DNA of 64,000 nucleotides from Clostridia bacterium. Its GTDB lineage: Bacteria > Bacillota > Clostridia > Christensenellales > Aristaeellaceae. Shown piece after piece: positions 20,197 to 29,494 of this stretch. Below the pieces are notes generated by a model that ran no database searches, was not told the origin of the DNA, and saw nothing but the letters and a program-made list of their open reading frames with translations. A program made the position numbers and the translations under genes. The DNA is taken from assembly GCA_017522345.1 (NCBI GenBank), contig JAFWZN010000049.1, positions 7,274 to 71,273 on the forward strand. The letters are read 5' to 3'. Within the stretch, counting starts at the first letter, position 1; every line of letters begins with the position of its first letter.

Positions 20197-21054
20197 ATGG
20201 AAAAGAAGATTCTGTTCCCCAGAACCACGGTGGCAGGCGTGGACATGCCCAGAATGATCGCCGGAACGAACTGGATGCTCGGCTTCAGTCACACCAGCTC
20301 CTCGGCGGATGAACTGATCAAAATGCGCAATTACAACCGCGATGCAATTGTAAAGATTCTGGAGGCGTATGACGCCTACGGCATCAATGCGGTGATGGGC
20401 CCTTACGGCGACAATCCCGTGCTTAGTGACGCCGTACACGCGGCGGAGGATAAGTTCGGCCATGAATTCATTATCGTCGATACGCCGATTGTGAATGTAG
20501 ACGACAGCGCACAGGCGCGAAAGGAAGCGGAGGCGCGCTTTAGGCAGTCGCGCGATCTGGGCGCGAAGTTCTGCCTCATCCACCATTACAGCGCGGAACA
20601 GCTGGTGAACAAAAACAAGCAGGAAATGCCGCGTCTGCCCGATTATCTTAAAATGATCCGCGACAACGGCATGATTCCCGGCTTGTCCGCGCACATGCCG
20701 GAGCTTATCGTCTATTCCGATCAGAACGAATACGACGTTCAGACCTACATTCAGATTTACAACTGCATGGGTTTTCTGATGCAGGTTGAGATTGAATACA
20801 TCAACAAGGTCATCTGGAACGCAAAAAAGCCGGTCATGACCATCAAATCCATGGCAGCCGGACGCTGCTCGCCCTTTGTAGGGCTCACCTTCAGCTATGC
20901 CACCATCCGCCCCTGCGACATGGTTACGCTGGGCGCGTTTACGCCGAGCGAGGTTCACGAGGATGTTGAAATCGCGCTTGCGGCCATTGAACGCAGACAG
21001 CCGGATCTGGAGGGCAGAAACAGCCCCGCAAAATCCGAAATTATGCAAAAATAA
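20197..21054 (+). CDS. conserved hypothetical protein (no motif I can name)
   Basis: 285 aa ORF with RBS GGGAGGGAAG. Coding-like composition. Its stop overlaps the next start (TAATG). Confidence 0.7.
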   Translation: MEKKILFPRTTVAGVDMPRMIAGTNWMLGFSHTSSSADELIKMRNYNRDAIVKILEAYDAYGINAVMGPYGDNPVLSDAVHAAEDKFGHEFIIVDTPIVNVDDSAQARKEAEARFRQSRDLGAKFCLIHHYSAEQLVNKNKQEMPRLPDYLKMIRDNGMIPGLSAHMPELIVYSDQNEYDVQTYIQIYNCMGFLMQVEIEYINKVIWNAKKPVMTIKSMAAGRCSPFVGLTFSYATIRPCDMVTLGAFTPSEVHEDVEIALAAIERRQPDLEGRNSPAKSEIMQK

Positions 21055-21689
21055 TGGAAAAAGCGCGCCTTGTGTTCGTTGACGGACGGGGAACGGAGCT
21101 TAAAAAACTCATGCATCCCCTGTTCTCGGACGAGCGTCTTTTAAAAATCACCCGCCGAAAAGCGGAAAGCCTGCGAATCGATTCCGCCTGCGCTGAGCTT
21201 GCGTTTCTTGCCGCGCAGAAAATCGCATTCGGCGGGATAAAGAAAAACCTCTATTTCTATGGGGAAAACGACAAGCCGTATTTCAAAGATGAGAAATACG
21301 GCTGCTTGTCTTTTGCCCACGCTTCATCCGTCGGCGCATGTCTGATCGCGCCGGTCAGGTGCGGCTGCGATATTGAGGATAAAAACAGAGACGTCGGCAA
21401 AATTGAAGCAAAAATCCGTTTTTTCAAAGGCGGGGAAGAGGAAAACGCGCTTACGCTCTGGTGCGCCAAGGAAAGCTATGTGAAGCTCACGGGAGAAGGG
21501 CTTTCAAAGCCGTTTTCAGAGCTTTTCTTGAAGAACAGTTTTCTGTTTGACAGGGATGAGACAGAACTTGCGCGCGTCAAAACGGGAGAAATCGGGCGAA
21601 TTGTGTGGGCGGCTTCATTTGTCGAAGAAATCGATATGGCCGTAACGCTTCTGACGGCGGAAAAAGTCATGTCCATGCTTTCGGATTAA
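21054..21689 (+). CDS. 4'-phosphopantetheinyl transferase (Sfp-type)
   Basis: GCDIED (metal-binding GxDxE) and WCAKESYVKLTGEG (W-x-x-KE-x-x-x-K-x-x-G) motifs. Confidence 0.8.
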   Translation: MEKARLVFVDGRGTELKKLMHPLFSDERLLKITRRKAESLRIDSACAELAFLAAQKIAFGGIKKNLYFYGENDKPYFKDEKYGCLSFAHASSVGACLIAPVRCGCDIEDKNRDVGKIEAKIRFFKGGEEENALTLWCAKESYVKLTGEGLSKPFSELFLKNSFLFDRDETELARVKTGEIGRIVWAASFVEEIDMAVTLLTAEKVMSMLSD

Positions 21690-21701
21690 GAGGTAAAGAA
21701 T

Positions 21702-22943
21702 ATGAACAAGCTTTTGCGCGCACATGCAGATCAGATTATTGCGTCCGCTATTCATGCCGTAATGCCCGACGAGGCGGTTGCCCGCGCGCTTGGCGGAAAA
21801 GCGTTTCCCGGTCGCGTTTTGCTGGTTTCTGCGGGGAAAGCAGGCTGGCAGATGGCGAAGGCGGCAAGCGATTGTCTGGGCGATCGCATTGACGCTGGCG
21901 TTGTCGTAACCAAGTATGGCCATGTAATGGGGGCCATCGCCAATTTTGAATGTTACGAGGCAGGTCATCCGGTGCCCGATGAGAATTCCTTTCGCGGGAC
22001 GCAGGCGGCTTTGAATCTCGTAAGCGATTTACAACCCGAGGATACGGTGCTGTTTCTGCTTTCAGGCGGCGGCAGCGCGCTTTTTGAAAAGCCGCTGGTT
22101 CCGGGCGAGGTTCTTCAGGATATAACGAAACAGCTTCTGGCCTGCGGCGCGGATATCGTTGAAATCAACACCATCCGCAAGCGCTTATCCGCCGTAAAGG
22201 GCGGTCGCTTTGCGCAGCTGTGCGCGCCCGCGCAGGTGTTCTCCGTCGTTTTAAGCGACATTCTGGGCGATCCTTTGGATATGATCGCTTCCGGCCCCGC
22301 GTATCCGGACGCTTCCACCTGCGAACAGGCGCTGGCGATTGCAGAGAAATATGCGCTCAGGCTTGACGCCGCCGCGCGTGAGCTTCTTAAAAAGGAAACG
22401 CCCAAGGCGCTTTACAATGTTGAAACCCAGATTACCGGTTCTGTTCGCGAATTGTGTTTTTGGGCGGCTGAAGCAGCCCAAAAACTCGGATACGAACCTG
22501 TTATGCTTACTGATCAGCTTTGCTGTCAGGCGAAGGAGGCCGGAAGCTTCTTATCGTCGGTGCTCAAAACCCATGCCGGCAGTAAAAAGAATCTGGCGTT
22601 CCTTGCAGGCGGCGAAACAGTGGTGTATCTGATGGGCAAGGGCAAGGGCGGACGGAATCAGGAACTCGCGCTCTCCGCTGCAATCGGTATAGAAGGAAAC
22701 GCTCAAATGGCGGTTTTCAGCGTTGGGAGCGACGGAACCGACGGCCCGACAGACGCTGCGGGCGGGTATACCGACGGCGACACGGCGAGGGAGCTCAGAG
22801 AGAAGGGCATCGACGTCTATAAGGTTCTTCAGGATAACGACGCATACAATGCATTAAAGGAAGTCGGCGGTCTTATCTTTACAGGCCCTACCGGCACCAA
22901 TGTAAACGACGTCGCACTTGCGCTTTTTCGTGCGGAAGAGTAA
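21702..22943 (+). CDS. glycerate 2-kinase / hydroxypyruvate reductase-like (DUF4147 + MOFRL)
   Basis: VSAGKAGWQMA, LLSGGGSALFE, GGETVV..GKGKGGRNQELAL and GSDGTDGPTDAAGG. Confidence 0.85.
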   Translation: MNKLLRAHADQIIASAIHAVMPDEAVARALGGKAFPGRVLLVSAGKAGWQMAKAASDCLGDRIDAGVVVTKYGHVMGAIANFECYEAGHPVPDENSFRGTQAALNLVSDLQPEDTVLFLLSGGGSALFEKPLVPGEVLQDITKQLLACGADIVEINTIRKRLSAVKGGRFAQLCAPAQVFSVVLSDILGDPLDMIASGPAYPDASTCEQALAIAEKYALRLDAAARELLKKETPKALYNVETQITGSVRELCFWAAEAAQKLGYEPVMLTDQLCCQAKEAGSFLSSVLKTHAGSKKNLAFLAGGETVVYLMGKGKGGRNQELALSAAIGIEGNAQMAVFSVGSDGTDGPTDAAGGYTDGDTARELREKGIDVYKVLQDNDAYNALKEVGGLIFTGPTGTNVNDVALALFRAEE

Positions 22944-22956
22944 AAAACACAAATAT

Positions 22957-22988
22957 AAAAGCTCGCAGGCATTCATCTGCGAGCTTTT
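22957..22988. terminator. bidirectional terminator
   Basis: aaaagctcgcag ... ctgcgagctttt between convergent genes. Confidence 0.85.
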
Positions 22989-23001
22989 ATGCGGTATTTT
23001 T

Positions 23002-23619
23002 TTATCCGATCAGTTCACTATCAACCCGGAAGGTGCTGATTACGGCTTCGGCAATATCCTTTTCAACATCGGTAAAGGTGAAGACGTACATATTGGAACC
23101 GGCGGGCATGAAATACTGGGAAACATCGTGGCTTTTGTATTTTGCGCCGATGTACATAATCTGGGTGAGATCATTGATGGAGACAAGCCCTGAATCTTCC
23201 TTGAATTCGATGCCGGTGAAGGAAGACTGAAGCATGGCTTTGAACGCGTCAATCTCCTCCGCCAGACGGTCAACGGTGATTCCGTCGGACGGGCCGTAGG
23301 TCAGAACCATCTGCTCGCCCGTAGCGGCGATAGAGAAAAGAATGTTGTTGTCCGCCGCATTCAGGCTCTCATGAAGGGCGGTTACTTCCGTATAGCCCAT
23401 GATATCATAAGCCTCGGTGAGATTCTGGGGCGTGGAATTAAGGCCGATCAGCGCCCATTCGGCGGGCACGCCGACATAATAGCCGACGGCGGGGTTGATA
23501 TAGCCGTGGAAATACATTTCGCCTTCGGCAAGCGGTTCTTCTGAGGTAGCGGTTTCGGCATAAGCGCATGCGCCGGCCATCAGCATGACGGCAATCAGAA
23601 GGGCAAGGAATTTTTTCAT
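23002..23619 (-). CDS. secreted or lipid-anchored hypothetical protein
   Basis: Signal peptide MKKFLALLIAVMLMAGACAYA. No recognisable catalytic motif. Confidence 0.7.
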   Translation of the reverse strand: MKKFLALLIAVMLMAGACAYAETATSEEPLAEGEMYFHGYINPAVGYYVGVPAEWALIGLNSTPQNLTEAYDIMGYTEVTALHESLNAADNNILFSIAATGEQMVLTYGPSDGITVDRLAEEIDAFKAMLQSSFTGIEFKEDSGLVSINDLTQIMYIGAKYKSHDVSQYFMPAGSNMYVFTFTDVEKDIAEAVISTFRVDSELIG

Positions 23620-23812
23620 GATTTGTACCTGCTTTCGAAAAAAGATGCTCCATAAAGGATATCACAATTTGAAGTAAAATGCAACCGCTGAAAATGGACG
23701 ATTTTCTGCGCGTTTTATGAAAAAGTTTTCATTTGACAAAAAAACGTCAAAATTTGGAACCAAGGCGGAAAAAGCGTCGTCTAAAAGGCATAGAAACTCA
23801 ATGAAGGGGGAT

Positions 23813-24865
23813 ATGAAAATGAGAAAAATCCTTTCTGCCGGTTTGATTCTGGCAATTGTCCTTGCGCTTTGTCCCCAAGCGATGGCGGACTGGGGCGACA
23901 GCTGGTCGGACGGCTGGGACAGCTACTACCCGACGGGTTCAAGCTACACGGTGACGGGCTCCACAAATCTTTTTTACGCGTCAAGCGCGCAGCTTACAAA
24001 CATAAACGTTGCTGTCAGCCGCCTTTCAAGCTTTGACATCGGATACGGAGAGCATTTTTCCTTCAACGATTGGGTCGGCCCGCGAACGGCGCAGTATGGT
24101 TTTAAAAACGCCGTGAACGGACGCGGCGTGGTCACGCGCGGCGGCGGCACGGGTCAGGTGGCGACGACCTTGTATCTGGCCGTCAGTCAGCTGGACGGAA
24201 TTACGTATACCGAAAAGACCACATGGGACGATCATTTTGCGCAGTCCTATACCTCCTCCGGCTACGACGCGGTGATTGTGGATTACGCAAACGGCAGAGA
24301 TTTCTCGTTTTTAAACGAAGCGGGCGATATGCATGTAGAAATGTGGGCGTCCAGAAGCTATCTGTACTGCACCATTTCGGTCTCGCCGGTTTTTGGCGGC
24401 AGCGTCGGCGGACGGCTGATCGGCTATTCCACCATCGTTCTTTCCGGCACCAATACGCTTAAAAACAACGTGCGCCTCGCTGCGAATGCAATAAACGGAA
24501 CGAGTCTCAGCTATTACGGCGAATTCTCCTTTAACCAGCTGGTCGGCCCGCGCACGCAGGCCAACGGCTTTGGTAACGCCGTCAACGGACGCGGCGTTAT
24601 CGTAACGGGCGGCGGCGTTGCGCAGGTTGCATCGAGCATTTATCTTGCCGCCAAGGATCTGAATTCTATCTATTTTCTTGAAAAGAAAACCTATGATCAT
24701 CGGTTTAATCAGTCCTACGTTGATGACAGGGAGGACGCCATTGTAACCGATTACAACAACGGTCACGATTTCCGCTTCCGATATGTCGGGTACGGAACGC
24801 TTATGATCAATACCTACGTCTCTGCAGACGGAACGAGACTGATTACGGAGATTTACGAATACTGA
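23813..24865 (+). CDS. secreted protein with two VanW-like domains
   Basis: Signal peptide MKMRKILSAGLILAIVLALCPQAMA. The block FSFN..VGPRT...GF.NAVNGRGV...GGG..QVA...YLA occurs twice. ATG at 23813 after GAAGGGGG. Confidence 0.78.
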   Translation: MKMRKILSAGLILAIVLALCPQAMADWGDSWSDGWDSYYPTGSSYTVTGSTNLFYASSAQLTNINVAVSRLSSFDIGYGEHFSFNDWVGPRTAQYGFKNAVNGRGVVTRGGGTGQVATTLYLAVSQLDGITYTEKTTWDDHFAQSYTSSGYDAVIVDYANGRDFSFLNEAGDMHVEMWASRSYLYCTISVSPVFGGSVGGRLIGYSTIVLSGTNTLKNNVRLAANAINGTSLSYYGEFSFNQLVGPRTQANGFGNAVNGRGVIVTGGGVAQVASSIYLAAKDLNSIYFLEKKTYDHRFNQSYVDDREDAIVTDYNNGHDFRFRYVGYGTLMINTYVSADGTRLITEIYEY

Positions 24866-24896
24866 AAATCGATTGAAACAGCGACTGAATCAGATG

Positions 24897-24926
24897 GGCG
24901 CGCCGGTAAAAGGCGCGCCTGTTTAA
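24897..24926 (+). terminator. rho-independent terminator
   Basis: ggcgcgcc ggtaaaa ggcgcgcc followed by tgtttaattt. Confidence 0.7.
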
Positions 24927-24953
24927 TTTAGTGAAAATAAATCCATTTTAGAA

Positions 24954-24982
24954 TTGACAAAAATAAATTCGGTGTTTATAAT
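24954..24982 (+). promoter_or_regulatory. consensus sigma-70-type promoter for the arsR-ABC pair
   Basis: TTGACA, a 17 nt spacer, then TATAAT, 38 nt upstream of the ArsR start. Confidence 0.7.
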
Positions 24983-25020
24983 ATGGATCAATCAAGCGTA
25001 TCGGGGAAGGAGGCGGAAGG

Positions 25021-25392
25021 ATGGACGGAAAGATACTCAAAGCGCTGGGCGATCCCAAGCGGTTTCAGCTTCTTAAGATCATGTCGGAGCGCGGATACTG
25101 CGTGAGCGCGCTGGCCGAGAGCACGTCTCTTTCGGAATCCGCGGTGTCGCAGCATTTGAAGATTCTGCGCGAGGCGGATCTGGTGGTCGGCGTAAAGAGA
25201 GGATATTACACGCATTATTCCGTAAACAAGGAAACGATTGAAAATGTGATCAACGCGCTTTCGGAGCTTGCCAATGTAAAGCATAAGCCCTGCAGCGGGC
25301 CGTTTTACGGATGTCCCTTAGCGGAAAAGGTGCAGTGCAAATCCTACGTGCCCCCCGAGAATAGAACGAAAGAGGAAGAGAAGACATGCTGA
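25021..25392 (+). CDS. ArsR/SmtB family transcriptional regulator with Cys-containing C-terminal tail
   Basis: LGDPKRFQLLKIM...CVSALAE...SESAVSQHLKILREADLV (wHTH), and a tail with four Cys (KPCSGPFYGCPLAEKVQCK...KTC). Confidence 0.85.
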   Translation: MDGKILKALGDPKRFQLLKIMSERGYCVSALAESTSLSESAVSQHLKILREADLVVGVKRGYYTHYSVNKETIENVINALSELANVKHKPCSGPFYGCPLAEKVQCKSYVPPENRTKEEEKTC

Positions 25393-27119
25393 AACGGTTT
25401 TTAGCCTACTACAAGCCCCACAAATTTATGCTGTCGATGGACATGCTGGCTGCGTTCACGATGTCGGTCATCGGCATGGTGTACCCGATGGTCACGCAGG
25501 ACATGCTGAACGATTACATCCCCAATAAGGAGTATATGTCGATCATCATTGCGGGCATTGTCGTGCTCGTGCTGTATGTGATCAGAATGTTGCTGAATTA
25601 TTTTGTTCAGTATTATGGGCACATGATCGGCGTAAGCATGCAGAGCCAGATGCGCAAGGATCTGTTTGCGCATCTTGAGAAGCTGCCCTACAAGTTCTTT
25701 GACAACAACGAAACCGGACGCATCATGTCCCGAATCACCGGCGATCTTTTTGAAGTGTGCGAGCTTGCGCACCACGGCCCGGAAAACCTGCTCATTTCCT
25801 CCACGATGATCATTATTTCCTTCGTATATCTTTGCACGATCGACTGGATTTTAACGCTCATCGTCTTTGCGTGCGTTCCGCTGCTCGTATGGGTTACGCT
25901 CCACTACAGAAAGCCCATGACACAGGCGTTCCGCGACAGAAGAAAGTCCAACGCCACCATTAATGCCGCCGTCGAAAGCTCCATCACCGGCATCCGCGTC
26001 ACCAAAGCCTACACCAACGCGAAGGAAGAAAAAGTGAAGTTCGCCAAGGGCGACGATGAGTTTGTTGATGCGTCCAGAAGATCCTATCAGGCGATGGCGA
26101 AGTTCCATTCCGGCACGCAGTTTATCACCTCCGTTTTCAATGTCGTAATCCTGATCGCCGGCGGTCTTTTCCTTTATTCCGAACGCATTGATTTCGGCGA
26201 TTATTCCGCTTTCATCGTATCCGTAAACCTGTTTATCGGCCCTGTAAATACCCTCATCGGCTTCATGGAGCAGTTCCAGAACGGCGCTTCCGGCTTCCAG
26301 AGATTCTGCGAGATCATGGACGAGGAGCCCGAAAAGGACGCGCCCGACGCGATCGAGCTTAACAACGTCGAAGGCGTGATCGAGTTTGAAAATGTAACCT
26401 ATGCCTATGACCCCTCGAAGGAAGTTCTGCATGATGTGAACCTGCGCCTGGAAAAGGGCAGAAAGCTCGCGCTGGTCGGTCCCTCCGGCGGAGGAAAGAC
26501 CACGCTTTGCCACCTGCTTCCGAATTTCTACAGGCTGCGCGACGAGGACGGAACGATCAGAATCGACGGCATTGATATCCGAAAGCTGACCATGGATTCC
26601 GTAAGACGCAATATCGGTATCGTTCAGCAGGACGTATTCCTGTTTGTCGGAACCATCAGGGACAACATCCGCTACGGCAGAATGGACGCGACGGAGGAGG
26701 AAATCATCGAAGCGGCCAAGCGCGCCAACATTCACGATTACGTCATGACCCTTGAAAACGGCTACGACACCGAAATCGGCGAGCGCGGCGTAAAGCTTTC
26801 CGGCGGCCAGAAGCAGAGATTGTCCATCGCCCGCGTATTCCTGAAAGACCCCGCCATCCTGATTCTGGATGAAGCCACGAGCGCCCTTGACAACACTACG
26901 GAAGTGCTCATCCAGGAAGCGCTTGACGAACTTTGCAAAGGCAGAACGACCCTTGTCGTCGCGCACCGCCTTTCCACCATCCGCAATGCCGATGAAATCG
27001 CCGTCGTCATGAACGGCAGAATCACCGAGCGCGGAACGCATGAGGAACTGATCGAAAAAGGCGGAACGTACAAGAGCCTGTATTCCCTTCAGTTCAGAGA
27101 CAACGATTATATCGCATAA
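25386..27119 (+). CDS. ABC transporter, fused permease/ATP-binding half-transporter (exporter type)
   Basis: Six-TM N-terminal half, Walker A GPSGGGKTT, signature LSGGQKQR and Walker B ILILDEATSALD. Overlaps arsR by 7 nt. Confidence 0.92.
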   Translation: MLKRFLAYYKPHKFMLSMDMLAAFTMSVIGMVYPMVTQDMLNDYIPNKEYMSIIIAGIVVLVLYVIRMLLNYFVQYYGHMIGVSMQSQMRKDLFAHLEKLPYKFFDNNETGRIMSRITGDLFEVCELAHHGPENLLISSTMIIISFVYLCTIDWILTLIVFACVPLLVWVTLHYRKPMTQAFRDRRKSNATINAAVESSITGIRVTKAYTNAKEEKVKFAKGDDEFVDASRRSYQAMAKFHSGTQFITSVFNVVILIAGGLFLYSERIDFGDYSAFIVSVNLFIGPVNTLIGFMEQFQNGASGFQRFCEIMDEEPEKDAPDAIELNNVEGVIEFENVTYAYDPSKEVLHDVNLRLEKGRKLALVGPSGGGKTTLCHLLPNFYRLRDEDGTIRIDGIDIRKLTMDSVRRNIGIVQQDVFLFVGTIRDNIRYGRMDATEEEIIEAAKRANIHDYVMTLENGYDTEIGERGVKLSGGQKQRLSIARVFLKDPAILILDEATSALDNTTEVLIQEALDELCKGRTTLVVAHRLSTIRNADEIAVVMNGRITERGTHEELIEKGGTYKSLYSLQFRDNDYIA

Positions 27120-27123
27120 GAAA

Positions 27124-27171
27124 CAAAAACGGCGCATGCAGAATAAAATCTGTATGCGCCGTTTGTTTTTT
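27124..27171. terminator. bidirectional terminator
   Basis: aaaaacggcgcatgca ... tgtatgcgccgtttgtttttt between convergent genes. Confidence 0.85.
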
Positions 27172-27176
27172 ATGGG

Positions 27177-27893
27177 TTATTCAAAAAGGGATTTAAGATA
27201 ATTCTCAAGGTCGTTATAATTTCCGTTTTTGTAAACGGAAATATCCCGCCCATCCTTGTTCAGAAGGCAGTCTGTCAGAAGAAAAACCTTCATGCCTGCT
27301 TTTTCTGCGGCGGCGTCTTCGATGGCGTCGTTTCCGATCATGAGGCATTGCTCGGCTTTGAGGCCGTTTTTCTCAAGAATTTCAAGGTAATAGGCGGGAT
27401 TAGGCTTGCAGAAACGGGAGTTTTCGTAGGAAGTGATATAGGAAAAATCATCCGGGTTCACGCCTGCCCACGTTATTCTGTTTTTCTGTGCGATCATGGG
27501 AAAGATGGGGTTGGAGGCTAAAATCAAATTTACGCCTTTTTCTTTCAGGAAGGAAACGATCTTTGATGCGTTTTCGGTATAGCCGCAGGCGGCCTTTGCG
27601 TTTAAAAATTCAGTTTTGTAAAAGTCTTCAAAAATCGGTTCGTCGTTTCTGCCCTTTTCGGGAAAGAGGACGGTGAAAGTTTGCCAGAAAGCGTCTTCAT
27701 TTGAAACGCTTCCGTCGTTTTTGATCATGGAGGCCGTGCCTGCCCAGATGGCGGAGATCAGCTTCTCGGGGTCATATCCGAAGGGCGCAAGGCGTTTTGC
27801 GAGGTTTTTGAAATAGAGCTTGGTGAACGCTTCCTGGTCCATCGGAAGAAGCGTACCGTCAAGATCGAAAAATACGTTTTTGATTTTCATCAT
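27177..27893 (-). CDS. HAD family hydrolase
   Basis: VFFDLDGTLLP (motif I) and IGNDAIEDAAA (motif IV-like). Start set at MMKIKN after AAGGAGAAA, because the longer ORF overlaps the upstream MFS gene. Confidence 0.85.
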   Translation of the reverse strand: MMKIKNVFFDLDGTLLPMDQEAFTKLYFKNLAKRLAPFGYDPEKLISAIWAGTASMIKNDGSVSNEDAFWQTFTVLFPEKGRNDEPIFEDFYKTEFLNAKAACGYTENASKIVSFLKEKGVNLILASNPIFPMIAQKNRITWAGVNPDDFSYITSYENSRFCKPNPAYYLEILEKNGLKAEQCLMIGNDAIEDAAAEKAGMKVFLLTDCLLNKDGRDISVYKNGNYNDLENYLKSLFE

Positions 27894-27900
27894 TTTCTCC

Positions 27901-29106
27901 TTAATTTCTTTCATTTCTGTAGAAGGCGTACATGCACACCGCTGACAGGAAAAATGCCAGGAAGCCGAACACGAAGGGGAGCTTTGCGCCGAGTTCATAG
28001 ATAAAGCCCGCCAGGGCGGATCCGAAAATCGAGCCGAAGGACTTTACGGAATTGAACGCGCCCATGATAAGATTGCTGTTCTCGCCCTTTCCGAGCACGG
28101 CGGTTTTGTTTTGAATGAGTGGGAGCGACACGAAGTAGAACGCGAAGAAAACGACGTTTATGATGATAAAGGGAACCATACCTGACACAAAGATCACGCC
28201 CAGCATGGAAACCGTGCAGACTGCCATTACGCCGATCATATAGAGGGAAGCGTTTTTCTTTTTCATGATCCACAGGCACAGCGTGCCGTTTGCAACGAGC
28301 GATATTACGCCCAGCGCCGCCTTGATTATGCCGTTGTAACCGGAGGAAAGATTGAATTGGTCTCTCAAATAGAAATTGAAGCACTGTTCAAAGGCGATAT
28401 AGCCCAGATTCGACAGGCCATATACGATGAAAATCAGCGCAATCAGCTTTGTCATGAACTTTCTGCACTGATAAATCGCAGAGAAAGGATTGCACGACCC
28501 TGCCAGCAATTTTGGCGTAAGCCTTTCAAGCCCGGACTGCCGGTCGTCTTCAATCAGGAAATAATGCATTACCGATGTGCCCGCAAGCGTAATCACCTGA
28601 AGCCATACCGACCAATATACATTGATTTCGCCGATCATGCCGCCCACAAAATAGCCGAACGACGCCGAAACCGCCTGAACCGTTGCGTTGACGGCAAGGT
28701 TTTTTCCGCGGTTTTCTTCATTGGATACATTAACTGTGTACGTAAGAAACGATACGTAGGATCCGCCGATAAAGATGCCCGCGAACATTCGCGCAAGCAG
28801 AAACTGTATCTCTGTCTGGGCAATGCCGAAGAAAATTTGTCCAACGGAATATCCGATTCCGCAGATCAGCATAACGGTTTTGCTTGAAATATAGCCGGCA
28901 ATCTTTCCCCAGAAAGGCGAAAACAAAAAGTTCATCAGCATCATCGCCGCCATGGCGAGGCCGAACATGTAGTCATTAAGCCCAAGATCCACAATGATCG
29001 TGGGCGTGACCGGGTGCACAAAATTGGCGGCCATGTTGAAAACAAAGAGAATGATAAAGAAAAGGGGCGTTCGGGATTTGAGTTTCAATCGCATCGCTCT
29101 TTTCAT
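27901..29106 (-). CDS. MFS transporter
   Basis: 401 aa with about 12 predicted TM segments and MFS-like loop motifs. Confidence 0.85.
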   Translation of the reverse strand: MKRAMRLKLKSRTPLFFIILFVFNMAANFVHPVTPTIIVDLGLNDYMFGLAMAAMMLMNFLFSPFWGKIAGYISSKTVMLICGIGYSVGQIFFGIAQTEIQFLLARMFAGIFIGGSYVSFLTYTVNVSNEENRGKNLAVNATVQAVSASFGYFVGGMIGEINVYWSVWLQVITLAGTSVMHYFLIEDDRQSGLERLTPKLLAGSCNPFSAIYQCRKFMTKLIALIFIVYGLSNLGYIAFEQCFNFYLRDQFNLSSGYNGIIKAALGVISLVANGTLCLWIMKKKNASLYMIGVMAVCTVSMLGVIFVSGMVPFIIINVVFFAFYFVSLPLIQNKTAVLGKGENSNLIMGAFNSVKSFGSIFGSALAGFIYELGAKLPFVFGFLAFFLSAVCMYAFYRNERN

Positions 29107-29239
29107 GTATATTTTTCTGATATTATATCATTTTCAGGTGAAATGAGCAAGAAAAAACGTCTGATAAACGTGTGGGGTTTATCGGATGTTTCAGGACAAT
29201 ACAAAAAGAAAAGCCGCTTTCGCGACTTTTCTTTTCGAC

Positions 29240-29324
29240 GGAAGCGGTGGGATTCGAACCCACGGACGGTTTCCCGTCACCTGATTTCGAGTCAGGGCCG
29301 TTATGACCACTTCGATACGCTTCC
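29240..29324 (-). tRNA. tRNA-Ser (anticodon CGA)
   Basis: Minus-strand sequence GGAAGCG-TA-...-CCTGA CTCGAAA TCAGG-long variable arm TGACGGGAAACCGTCC-GTGGG TTCGAAT CCCAC-CGCTTCC-G folds as a class II cloverleaf. CCA is not encoded. Confidence 0.9.
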
Positions 29325-29494
29325 ATGTGAACTTCAATATTATACAATGTTTTTTCTGAAAAAGCAAGGGGAAAACGTTAAAAATCGGCGCGACAATGGA
29401 ATGTTTATTTTGCTTATCGTTCTTGCGTTTCATAATGAGATATGATATACTTTAAGTGTCATAGTTTGACAATTTTTAATAAGGAGACGGACGC

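Noticed and set aside
21054-21689. PPTase as a marker of an NRPS/PKS biosynthetic cluster
   Set aside because: No megasynthase, carrier protein, thioesterase or tailoring genes lie within 20 kb on either side. The neighbours are riboflavin and glycerate metabolism genes.
25851-27137. 428 aa ORF antisense to the ABC exporter
   Set aside because: The sense strand has Walker A, signature and Walker B motifs. The antisense product has no recognisable features.
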